Part shown: piece by piece, positions 15,360 to 23,893 of the stretch | Layout of the letters: the number at the start of each line of letters is the position of its first letter | Numbering within the stretch: the first letter of the stretch is position 1 | Source: Acidimicrobiales bacterium | GTDB taxonomy: Bacteria; Actinomycetota; Acidimicrobiia; Acidimicrobiales; CATQHL01 | Assembly (NCBI GenBank): GCA_965116465.1 | Contig: OZ220687.1 | Location: 2,436,596 to 2,500,595 of the forward strand | Direction of reading: 5' to 3' | Length of the DNA stretch: 64,000 bases | Notes under the pieces: generated by a model | The model's input: only the letters and a program-made list of their open reading frames with translations | The model's database searches: none | What the model was told of the DNA's origin: nothing | Made by a program: the position numbers and the translations under genes

Positions 15360-18300
15360 ATGTCTGCAGTTGCGGCGGTCGGTCGGCGACGGGTCAGGTT
15401 CCGGGCTGTGAACGCTGTCGAGTTGCTCGAGCGGCTGGTGTCGTACGGAGTGGCCAGGGAAGTCGTTGCGCCGCGAGGGGTGACCCGCGCGGTGAGTGTC
15501 AATCAGATCGAGGTGGCGATCGCCATCGACGGACGGGAGGGCAACCTGCGTGCGCGGTGGCGGGAGCGGGTTGGGACCAGCGGTCTCGCCTATCTGCTCG
15601 TCAGCGACGATTCCGATTGCCCAGGGAGCGTGCGGGTGCTTGGCCCGAGCGCCGTCGAGGTGCCGGTCCGGTCGGTCGACTGCGCTCGGTTGGCGGACGT
15701 ACTCGAGTCGGTCCCCAACATGACCTCCCTTGATGCCGTCCGTCATGTGGCGGGTGAAGTGGATCGGCTCGCCGGCCGGGGGATGGTTGTCGAGGGCTTG
15801 CTGAGCCGCCACACCCTGGAGGATCGCTTCCGCAATGACGCTGACCGCTGGCGGGCAGCCACCGCAACCGTTGAATCGCTGCGCATCAGCGATGACTGGC
15901 GCTTGGTCCTGGTCGAGGTCGGGTATGAGGTGGAGCAGTTGCCTCAGCGCGGCTGGCTCGCCCGTCACGATGGCCGGCCCGTAGCAATTGTCCATCCCAG
16001 AGCGACGCCGCAGGACTTTGTGCGATTGGACGAGGCGGGCCGACCCGCCGAGGGGGTGCTCGCCGCCGACTGTCACAGGTACGGCGCCCGCTATGGCGTT
16101 CTGGCCTGTAAGAACCGCTACCGGCTATTCGACTGCGACCCCTCGGCCACAACGGCGGAGTGGCTGGATCTGGACGCTGCCCTACTCGGCGAGGAGCGAA
16201 GGCCGTATCTGGCCCTGCTAGCGCCCCCGTACTTGGCCGAAGGCGGCCTAGCGGAGTTGCAACAGGAATCCCGGGACTTCGGCGCGAGCCTGCGCCGCCG
16301 GCTCGATGAGACCATTCGCCAGAAGGCGCTGCCTGCGCTAGCCACAGGACTCGAACAGTGGGCCTGCCGCGAGAGCATCGACATTCGGGGCGAGACCCAG
16401 CGTGCCGAACTGGAACAGGCCTCGCTCACCCTCTTGTTCCGGCTGCTGTTCGTTCTCTACGCCGAGAGTTCACGCTTCCTGCCGATCGAGAACGAGACCT
16501 ACCGCCGCAGGTCACTCTCTGCTCTCATCGAGGAGGCGTACAGCACCGGAGAGCAACTGAGTGATGAGTCGACAGCGCTGTGGTCAACGTTCGCCACCCT
16601 CGTGCGCGCACTGCGTTCCGGCAACCCCGCCTGGGGCGTGCCCGCCTACAACGGAGCGCTCTTCGCGGCTGGCGACTTCGAGGGCGCCGAACTGCTTGAG
16701 CGTGTCGAACTGAGCGATCCGTACTTCGCGAGCGTGCTCGTTGCGGTCGGACGCGATGGCGAGACCGGACGGGGAGTGGACTACTCCTCCCTGGAGATCG
16801 GCCACCTCGGTCACATCTACGAGGCTCTGCTGAGCCTCCGGCTCTCAGTCGCCGATCGTCCTCTGCGCTACGACGTAGGCGAGGATCGGTACGTGCCGGT
16901 GAACGGCGCGGCGCCGTCGGATGTCGTCGAGGGTTCGCTGCTCTGGCAGACCAACGAGGGCGGGCGAAAGTCGGGTGGCGTCTACTACACGCCTGTCTCG
17001 CTAGTACGCCACCTGGTGCGTCACGCTGTCCTACCCGCCTACGAGCGGCACCTCGATGGCGTGCGCGAAACCGCCAAGACCGACCCGAAGCGTGCGGCAC
17101 AAGACCTGATGGACTTCACAGTGCTCGACCCAGCCTGTGGAAGCGCTCACTTCCTGGTCCAGGTGCTGGAGGCACTCGCAGACAGAGCGGTGAGTTTCCT
17201 GGCCGACACCCCCCTGCCGGCGATCCGTGAGTCGCTCGACAGGCTGCGGTCCCAAGCACAGAGCGGTGCTGTGGTCACCGACGTAGCACTGCTGCGCCGG
17301 CTGATCCTCAAGCACTGCGTGTTCGGGGTGGATCTCAGTCCCATGGGTGCCGAGGTCGCCACTCTGTCTCTCTGGTTGGCGTCGTTCGTGCCGGGTCTCT
17401 CCCTGGCCTATCTCGGGCGCAACATTCTTGTGGGGAATTCGCTGATCGGGGTAGGTAGTGCGGGCTCGGTCGTCCGGGAGGGCACGTGGCCAGCGGAGGC
17501 GTTGCGGAGCGCTCTGGCCGAGGCGTCCGAGGCTGCGGCCAGGCTTGCGGGTATTGACGACCGGACACCCTGGGAGGTCGATGCCAGCCGGGAGGCCGAT
17601 ATCGAGGCTCAGAAGGCGACGGCGGGTCTACAGCGACTCTTCGACTTGTGGATTGCCGACGGGTTCGGTGTGAACGGGGCCCGAGGGCTCGCCGAGACGG
17701 ACGGACCGGCAGTAATTGCTGGAACGAACGGTGACAACGGCGAGAGGCTTGTGAAGCGAGCCGCGGCACTTGCCGCCGAGCACCGATTCCTGCATTGGCC
17801 GCTGGCGTTCCCGCAGGTGTTTGCCGGCAAATCGCGTGGCTTCGATGTCGTGGTCGGCAACCCGCCCTGGGAGGAGGTGAAGGTCGAGCAGTTGGGGTTC
17901 TACCTATTGCATCGGCCTGGGATTCAGGGCTTGCCCCAAGCTGAGCGCGATGCTTTGATCGCTGATCTCGCGACAGAGAGACCCGAGTTGCTGCGAGCGC
18001 TGGAGACAGAGCAGCAGCAGGCAGCAGCTTGGCGCGCTGCTGCCGCGACCGGTGAGTACGAGCAGACGGCCGGTGATCCCGACCTGTACAAGTACTTCTG
18101 TCAGCGCTATCGCCTCCTTGTTCGGGACGGCGGAGCGATCGGTGTCGTCCTGCCACGGACCGCGTTCGTGAACAAGGGGTCGGAGGGCTTCCGTGACTGG
18201 CTCTACACGAGAACCAGCGCGCAGCGTGTCGACTTCTTGGTGAACCGGAACAAGTGGATATTCGACACCCATCCCCAATATGGGATTGCGTTGGTAGTGA

Positions 18301-19304
18301 GTCGGAATCGGAGGCCTGCTGAAGGTCATCGCGTGGTGATCGCTGGGCCAGCTGATTCCTCAGGAGCGTGGCTAGACCAGTCCTCGACTCATGGCGTAGC
18401 TGCAGCACCGTCCTCGTTCCCATCTGGTTGGATCACGCCCAAGCTGCGTTCCGAGGCCGAGGCTGACCTCCTCGGTAAGTTCCGAACAGGATCGAGGTTC
18501 CCTCGCGGTTCGTCCGGGAGATGGTGTTGTTTCCCCGTCCGGGAACTCGACGAGAAGAACGACAAGAAGCTGTGGCTCGGTGCCGATGAGGGCCGCCCCC
18601 TGTGGAAGGGCGAGAGCTTCGACCAATTCGATCCTCATGGCGCCGAGCGTCGCCTGTGCCCGCTCAATGATCGAGTCTGGAAGAAAATCCGAAAGCCGCG
18701 TCCGGGTTCAGAGTCGCTCTTGGCCTCGTCCATCAGCTTGAATGACCGCCGTCAAGCGGTTCTCGGTGAGTTGGAGACAGCCAGAGTGGCATACCGCGCG
18801 GTGTCCAGGTCGTCCGGTGACAGTCGGACAGTCCGTGCTTGCCTGATTCCGCCAGACGTGTTCCTGGTGAATTCGGCCCCATACCTTGCCTTCGTCACCG
18901 GTGGCGAACAGGATCGAGCAGCGTGTCTCGGCATCATGAACAGCCTGGCGTTCGACTGGCAGGCTCGTCGCATCATTGAGGCCAATGTCAACTACTTCAT
19001 CCTCGAGGCACTCACGGTGCCCGATCTCGACGACGGCGCGTTGTCCGAGGTGGCTCGAGCGTCGGCTCGACTCTCCGCAGTCGACGACCGCTTCGCCACG
19101 TTCGCCACTGCTGCCGGCGTCGCATGCGGGCCGTTGTCCGAGGACGAACGCCAACGACTCCGAGTGGAGATCGACGCCCGAGTCGCTCACGCCTGGCGGC
19201 TCAGGGAGGCCGATCTGGTGGTCATGTTCGCCGACTTCACGACCGACGCTGTGCCGCCGACGTACCGCTCGGCCCTCTTCGACCGCCTCGCTGAGTTGAG
19301 TTGA
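15360..19304 (+). CDS. Large gamma-class N6-adenine DNA methyltransferase (Eco57I/type IIG/PglX-like) with a ~330-aa N-terminal extension and C-terminal specificity region
   Basis: 1314 aa. GGVYYTPVSLVRHLV, SAM motif VLDPACGSAHFLVQVLEAL, catalytic FDVVVGNPPWEEVKVEQ and TRD-like CLGIMNSLAFDWQARRII. Purine-rich GAAGGGGGAG immediately upstream. Confidence 0.85.
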   Translation: MSAVAAVGRRRVRFRAVNAVELLERLVSYGVAREVVAPRGVTRAVSVNQIEVAIAIDGREGNLRARWRERVGTSGLAYLLVSDDSDCPGSVRVLGPSAVEVPVRSVDCARLADVLESVPNMTSLDAVRHVAGEVDRLAGRGMVVEGLLSRHTLEDRFRNDADRWRAATATVESLRISDDWRLVLVEVGYEVEQLPQRGWLARHDGRPVAIVHPRATPQDFVRLDEAGRPAEGVLAADCHRYGARYGVLACKNRYRLFDCDPSATTAEWLDLDAALLGEERRPYLALLAPPYLAEGGLAELQQESRDFGASLRRRLDETIRQKALPALATGLEQWACRESIDIRGETQRAELEQASLTLLFRLLFVLYAESSRFLPIENETYRRRSLSALIEEAYSTGEQLSDESTALWSTFATLVRALRSGNPAWGVPAYNGALFAAGDFEGAELLERVELSDPYFASVLVAVGRDGETGRGVDYSSLEIGHLGHIYEALLSLRLSVADRPLRYDVGEDRYVPVNGAAPSDVVEGSLLWQTNEGGRKSGGVYYTPVSLVRHLVRHAVLPAYERHLDGVRETAKTDPKRAAQDLMDFTVLDPACGSAHFLVQVLEALADRAVSFLADTPLPAIRESLDRLRSQAQSGAVVTDVALLRRLILKHCVFGVDLSPMGAEVATLSLWLASFVPGLSLAYLGRNILVGNSLIGVGSAGSVVREGTWPAEALRSALAEASEAAARLAGIDDRTPWEVDASREADIEAQKATAGLQRLFDLWIADGFGVNGARGLAETDGPAVIAGTNGDNGERLVKRAAALAAEHRFLHWPLAFPQVFAGKSRGFDVVVGNPPWEEVKVEQLGFYLLHRPGIQGLPQAERDALIADLATERPELLRALETEQQQAAAWRAAAATGEYEQTAGDPDLYKYFCQRYRLLVRDGGAIGVVLPRTAFVNKGSEGFRDWLYTRTSAQRVDFLVNRNKWIFDTHPQYGIALVVSRNRRPAEGHRVVIAGPADSSGAWLDQSSTHGVAAAPSSFPSGWITPKLRSEAEADLLGKFRTGSRFPRGSSGRWCCFPVRELDEKNDKKLWLGADEGRPLWKGESFDQFDPHGAERRLCPLNDRVWKKIRKPRPGSESLLASSISLNDRRQAVLGELETARVAYRAVSRSSGDSRTVRACLIPPDVFLVNSAPYLAFVTGGEQDRAACLGIMNSLAFDWQARRIIEANVNYFILEALTVPDLDDGALSEVARASARLSAVDDRFATFATAAGVACGPLSEDERQRLRVEIDARVAHAWRLREADLVVMFADFTTDAVPPTYRSALFDRLAELS

Positions 19305-22300
19305 TGCCCGGACGTCCGTACCTTCTCGACAATCGGGGAGACGACACGCGCCATGCCGACGCCCTGTCGTACCTCCTCGACGACCTCGTGTCGAGCCATG
19401 AGTTGTCGGTCGCTACCGGATACGTCAATCTGGGCGGCCTCCACTACCTGGCGACTGCGGTGGCAGACGGGAGGAGAGTGCGGGTGTTGCTCGGTGTGGC
19501 ACCCGGACCGGGTCTGGGCGGACAGCCGCCGGCGCCTCAGTTCAATCTGGCTCTCGAGGGTTTGCGCGAAGACCGCGACATAGCGCGGTTCCCGCCGAGC
19601 CGGGCCGCGAAGCGGCTCGTGCAACTCGACGACTGGCTGCAGCGCCCCGAGGTGGAGGTGCGCCGCTATACGCGTCGGTTCCTCCACGGCAAGGCGTACC
19701 TGTTCGGTGACCGAGACGATGCCCGGGCTGCACTAGTCACCTCGGCCAACCTCACGAGGGCCGGGTTGTTCGAGAACCTGGAACTGGGACTCGTGCAGTA
19801 CGACCCGCCCGTGGCGGCCCGGGCCGTGGCCTGGTTCGACGAACTGTGGGACGAGGCCGCAGAGTTCAAGGACGAACTAAGGGACCTTCTCTTCCCCGAC
19901 ATCGGACTCGTGAACCCCCGCGAGGTGTACCTCCGTGCGTTGCTCGAGCTGCTTGGCCCGACTATCGACGCGCCTCACGGCGCCGAGACGACCGCTGTGG
20001 AGTTGGCGCCGTTCCAGCGAGACGGGCTGCACCGCGCACTCCGGATCCTTGAGGAACACCACGGCGTGATCTACGCCGACGGCGTCGGCACGGGCAAGAC
20101 CGAGATCGGCTTGGCGCTCGTCGAGGAATACGTGCTGCGGCGAGGTCATCACGCGCTCGTTGTTGCGCCGGCCCAACTCGTGAACTACTGGGAGGATCGG
20201 CTCAACCAGGTGCGGCTCTCCGCCCAAGTGGTCAGCTATCACCAACTCGCCGGCGACGAACAACTCGCCGAGCCCAGCGCATCGAACGTACGGCGCCATC
20301 TGCACAACGACAAGGACGCCTTCCGGCTGGTTGTCGTGGACGAGGGTCACGCTCTGCGCACGCCTGACACCACCTGGTACCGAGCGGTGGCACGACTCCT
20401 CGGCGGCACGCGGAAGGACTTGGTGCTGCTTTCTGCCACCCCAATTAACAACAGCCTGTGGGATCTATACAACCTCGTCATGGCCTTTGCGCGCCACGAC
20501 AGGGCGTTCGCGGCCAAGGGCATACGGTCGCTGCGGCGTCTCTTCGTACGGGCGGGGGCCAACGAACGCGATCCGGAGAATCTCGATCCCGACGTGCTGT
20601 TCCCGCTCGCTGACATGGTGAGCGTGCGGCGGGACCGGAGACTCATCGAACGCAACTACCCCAACACGACGTTTCCCGACGGCACGCTCGTGACGTTCCC
20701 GACACCGTCGCTTTCCACCGAGCGCTACGACCTCGACGAGGCCTACCCCGGGTTGGTTCGGGAGATCACGGCGTCGATCGGCGCCCTCACGATGGCTCGC
20801 TACCGGCCAAGCGCCTACGGCCTCGACGGAGAAGAGTTGAGCAGGGAGTCGAGCCTGGGAGCGCTGCTGCAGTCGGCGATCCTGAAGCGTTTCGAGTCGT
20901 GCTGGCAGGCCTGCCTACTGACCGTCCAGCGGATGATCGCAGCCCACGAGGTGTTTCTGGTCGCTTGGGACTCAGGCCAGGTGCTAAGCGGGCAGGCGCT
21001 TCGGGACGCGGCCGCAGAGGATCTTGATGAGACCGCCCTCGCTGGCTGGATTGCCGAAGCCTTGGACGAGGCCGACATCGAGCCGGTTGAGGACTTTCGT
21101 CCCGAGTACCGGGACGATGTTGCCGCTGATCTGTCCCGGCTGAAGGCAGCGAGAGACTCGCTGCGCAGTCTTCGCGCCGAGGACGACCCCAAACTCGACT
21201 TGCTGCGTCGACTGCTCGAGGCCATCCCGTCGGAGAAAGTCGTTGTGTTCTCCTCCTTCGCCGACACCGTGCGTTATCTCGACGAACACCTGCCGGACAT
21301 GATGAATGGCCGCGAACGGGTCACGGTGATCGGAGCCGAGACCAACCCTGACGAGCGCACCAAGATGCTGGCCCGCTTCTGCCCGGAGACAGTGGTGCGG
21401 CCCGGCTACGAGCCGCCCGACGGTGAGGTGGACCTGTTGTTGAGCAACGACGTTCTCTCCGAGGGCCAGAACCTGCAGCAGGCCGCAGCCGTCATCAGTT
21501 ACGACATGCCGTGGAACCCACAGCGGGTCGTGCAGCGCTATGGCCGCGTCATCCGGCTGAAGAGTCCGCACGAGCGCGTCTTGTTGCGCACGATGCTTCC
21601 GGACGAGGGTGACCTGGAGTTAATCCTGCAGCTCGAGACCGCCATCCGCCGCAAGATCGTGGCCGCTCGCCCGTACGGGATGGAGGTCGACGTGATCGAA
21701 GGCGATGTCGAGGAGGAGATCCGCGCCTACGCCGGCCGCCTCGCCGCGAGTGATGCGTCTCTGCTCGACGAAAGTGATCCATCTTCTGGTGTGCAGGCGC
21801 TCAGCGCCGAGGTCTTGCGTGCCGAACTGCGACGAGCTGCCTCGGAGGGTGAGGTCGACCGCGTCGCCGACCTACCGTGGGGTGTCGGCGCCGTCTTCGC
21901 ACAAGGCAGCGGGGTGCCCTCGACCGGCCCTCCGGGGATCTTCTTCGCCTGCCGCACCCGCCACGGCGACCGCTACTGGCGCTACGTCACGGCCGACGGG
22001 GGTACCACATCGGCCGAGGCCACGATCCTGCGTCGGATAGATCCAGGGTTTGCTCCTGGCGTGTCTTCCCCAACGATCGACCTGGAAGGGGCATGGCAGA
22101 CTGCAGCGGCCTCCATCCTTGAGGAGCACAACGAGGCGGCGATATCTGCAGCAGACGGAATGCCAGTAGGACGGATCCAGCAGTGGGCCAGGCGATTGCT
22201 TACCGAGCCCCAGATCGCCACGTCAGCCGAAGCGGCTGATGCCTACGACGTGCTCGGAGTCGAGCGAGGCGCCACCGTGCGTCAAGCCCTCGGCGTGGTC

Positions 22301-22468
22301 AGACGAGACCTGGACGCGGAGACGATCGATCCAGTCGAAGCCGCTCGACGAATCGTCGGCGTCGTCGCCTTCTACGGGCTGAGCAAGGTCGACCCTCCGG
22401 AACCCGTCCTCCCAATCACCGAGGAAGATATCGGAGTCGTCTGCTGGATGGCTGTACTGTCCAAGTAG
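19304..22468 (+). CDS. Phospholipase-D-family nuclease domain fused to an SNF2/SF2 helicase
   Basis: ATG 19304 shares its A with the upstream TGA (TGATG); the track uses TTG 19301. Single HKD module RRFLHGKAYLFGDRDDARAALVTSANLTRAGLFEN. Helicase motifs VIYADGVGTGKTEIGLAL, FRLVVVDEGHALRTP, DLVLLSATPINNSLWDL, LLLSNDVLSEGQNLQQ and YDMPWNPQRVVQRYGRVIRLKS. Confidence 0.85.
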   Translation: MPGRPYLLDNRGDDTRHADALSYLLDDLVSSHELSVATGYVNLGGLHYLATAVADGRRVRVLLGVAPGPGLGGQPPAPQFNLALEGLREDRDIARFPPSRAAKRLVQLDDWLQRPEVEVRRYTRRFLHGKAYLFGDRDDARAALVTSANLTRAGLFENLELGLVQYDPPVAARAVAWFDELWDEAAEFKDELRDLLFPDIGLVNPREVYLRALLELLGPTIDAPHGAETTAVELAPFQRDGLHRALRILEEHHGVIYADGVGTGKTEIGLALVEEYVLRRGHHALVVAPAQLVNYWEDRLNQVRLSAQVVSYHQLAGDEQLAEPSASNVRRHLHNDKDAFRLVVVDEGHALRTPDTTWYRAVARLLGGTRKDLVLLSATPINNSLWDLYNLVMAFARHDRAFAAKGIRSLRRLFVRAGANERDPENLDPDVLFPLADMVSVRRDRRLIERNYPNTTFPDGTLVTFPTPSLSTERYDLDEAYPGLVREITASIGALTMARYRPSAYGLDGEELSRESSLGALLQSAILKRFESCWQACLLTVQRMIAAHEVFLVAWDSGQVLSGQALRDAAAEDLDETALAGWIAEALDEADIEPVEDFRPEYRDDVAADLSRLKAARDSLRSLRAEDDPKLDLLRRLLEAIPSEKVVVFSSFADTVRYLDEHLPDMMNGRERVTVIGAETNPDERTKMLARFCPETVVRPGYEPPDGEVDLLLSNDVLSEGQNLQQAAAVISYDMPWNPQRVVQRYGRVIRLKSPHERVLLRTMLPDEGDLELILQLETAIRRKIVAARPYGMEVDVIEGDVEEEIRAYAGRLAASDASLLDESDPSSGVQALSAEVLRAELRRAASEGEVDRVADLPWGVGAVFAQGSGVPSTGPPGIFFACRTRHGDRYWRYVTADGGTTSAEATILRRIDPGFAPGVSSPTIDLEGAWQTAAASILEEHNEAAISAADGMPVGRIQQWARRLLTEPQIATSAEAADAYDVLGVERGATVRQALGVVRRDLDAETIDPVEAARRIVGVVAFYGLSKVDPPEPVLPITEEDIGVVCWMAVLSK

Positions 22469-22550
22469 TGCTCAACTCGCTTGCCGAGAGCGTTACCTGC
22501 GAGGCGTCATAACGCCTTGTCGCTACAGTGAGATGTCCTAGTATTGTGCC

Positions 22551-23621
22551 GTGACCGCCGCCGATTTCGAACCGCCATCTGTCCTCTCATTCAGTGAGGC
22601 TTACAGTGCAGCTACGAGAACCGACGCGCAATCCGGAGGTCCATCAAGGCTGCCACACTTACTGCTCGGGAATGGGTTCTCGCTCGCCTGTCAGCCACAG
22701 ACTTTTGCCTACAGTTCACTATTCGACCAGGCAGACTTCGGGGATTATTCACCCACAGTACGGGCAGTATTTGATGAGTTCAACACGAGGGACTTTGAGC
22801 GAGTTGTCAATCTGATTCAATCGTCGGAGAAGATCATAAGCGTACTTGAGACTACGGACGGGGCGTTGGTGGAGTGCCTCCGAGAGATTGCGCAAGCGAT
22901 TCGTGATGGGCTAGTCGCTGTATTGACAGATGTACACCCGGGGAGTCAGAGCGATATCTCGGCTGACTATTACGAATCGGCGCATACGTTTCTCTCCAAG
23001 TTCAGCCGAATCTTTACGCTAAACTACGATCTTCTCTTGTACTGGACGATTGTTAGCCACCTGAAGAAGCACTACAGGAAAGATGGGTTCTCGATAACTA
23101 GCGGGTCATATCGGCTTTGGGATCCGTCTGCGTCCTCAGTGGACTTCTACTTTCTCCATGGTGCGTTGCACCTCTACAACACGGAGGGTAGCGTTGGTAA
23201 GACTACGTGGGCTGACACGGGAGTCCAGTTGGTGGAACAGACTCGCCAAGGATTAGACGACGGCAGGTTCCCCTTAGTCGTTACGGAAGGGACCAGTAAG
23301 GATAAGAAAGAGAAGATCCATAGCAACCGTTACTTGTCTCGCGCAATTGATGAGTTCTCGAAGCTCGAGGGGGCGTTATTCATATATGGATTCTCGATGT
23401 CAGACAACGATCAGCATATCCTAGATCGGATAGTTCGAGGACGGTTAGCTAGAGTATTCGTGAGTATCTATGGTGAGCCTGAATCTGACAACAGAGCTAG
23501 ATCGATCGAGAAGGGGGAGAGATTGGCTGCTCAGAGGTGCCAGAGTAGTCCTAATGGACCTCCGCTCGAGATATGTTTCTATGAGGCGGGGACTGCCCAC
23601 ATCTGGCATACCGATGGCTGA
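22551..23621 (+). CDS. DUF4917 / SIR2-like protein
   Basis: GTG start, 356 aa. PHLLLGNGFSLACQP (Gly-rich NAD loop), RIFTLNYDLLLYWTI, FYFLHGALHLYN and LFIYGFSMSDNDQHILD follow the SIR2_2-type motif order. Visibly AT-richer codons than neighbours. Confidence 0.65.
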   Translation: MTAADFEPPSVLSFSEAYSAATRTDAQSGGPSRLPHLLLGNGFSLACQPQTFAYSSLFDQADFGDYSPTVRAVFDEFNTRDFERVVNLIQSSEKIISVLETTDGALVECLREIAQAIRDGLVAVLTDVHPGSQSDISADYYESAHTFLSKFSRIFTLNYDLLLYWTIVSHLKKHYRKDGFSITSGSYRLWDPSASSVDFYFLHGALHLYNTEGSVGKTTWADTGVQLVEQTRQGLDDGRFPLVVTEGTSKDKKEKIHSNRYLSRAIDEFSKLEGALFIYGFSMSDNDQHILDRIVRGRLARVFVSIYGEPESDNRARSIEKGERLAAQRCQSSPNGPPLEICFYEAGTAHIWHTDG

Positions 23622-23893
23622 GCAAATCGGTGAGTCGGACAAGGTCAACTCACTGTCCGTCCCGTGACTGAAGCTCGCTGACGGCGCTTCGGTGCGAAGC
23701 AAGTCCATCTGAGCCCCCCCAGATTCCTCTCCGGCTTCAGCGGAAGTGGCCAGCGCCGCTGTCGGCGCCTGCTCGCCGGGATCTCTCAGGACCTCCCTGG
23801 CTTCGAGATCGTCGAGGCGGTCGTGAGTTCGGTTTCGGTACACCCCTGGCCGTAGGGCGATCAACGCACCACCGGCAGTCTCTGTCGGTGGTC

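Noticed and set aside
15360-22468. Classifying the methylase/PLD-SNF2 pair as DISARM class 1, BREX or a Type I/III RM system
   Set aside because: No DrmA/DrmB (DUF1998), PglZ, BrxC, HsdS/HsdR or PD-(D/E)xK Res gene is present anywhere in the window. Only individual domains are shared, so the locus is reported as unclassified instead.
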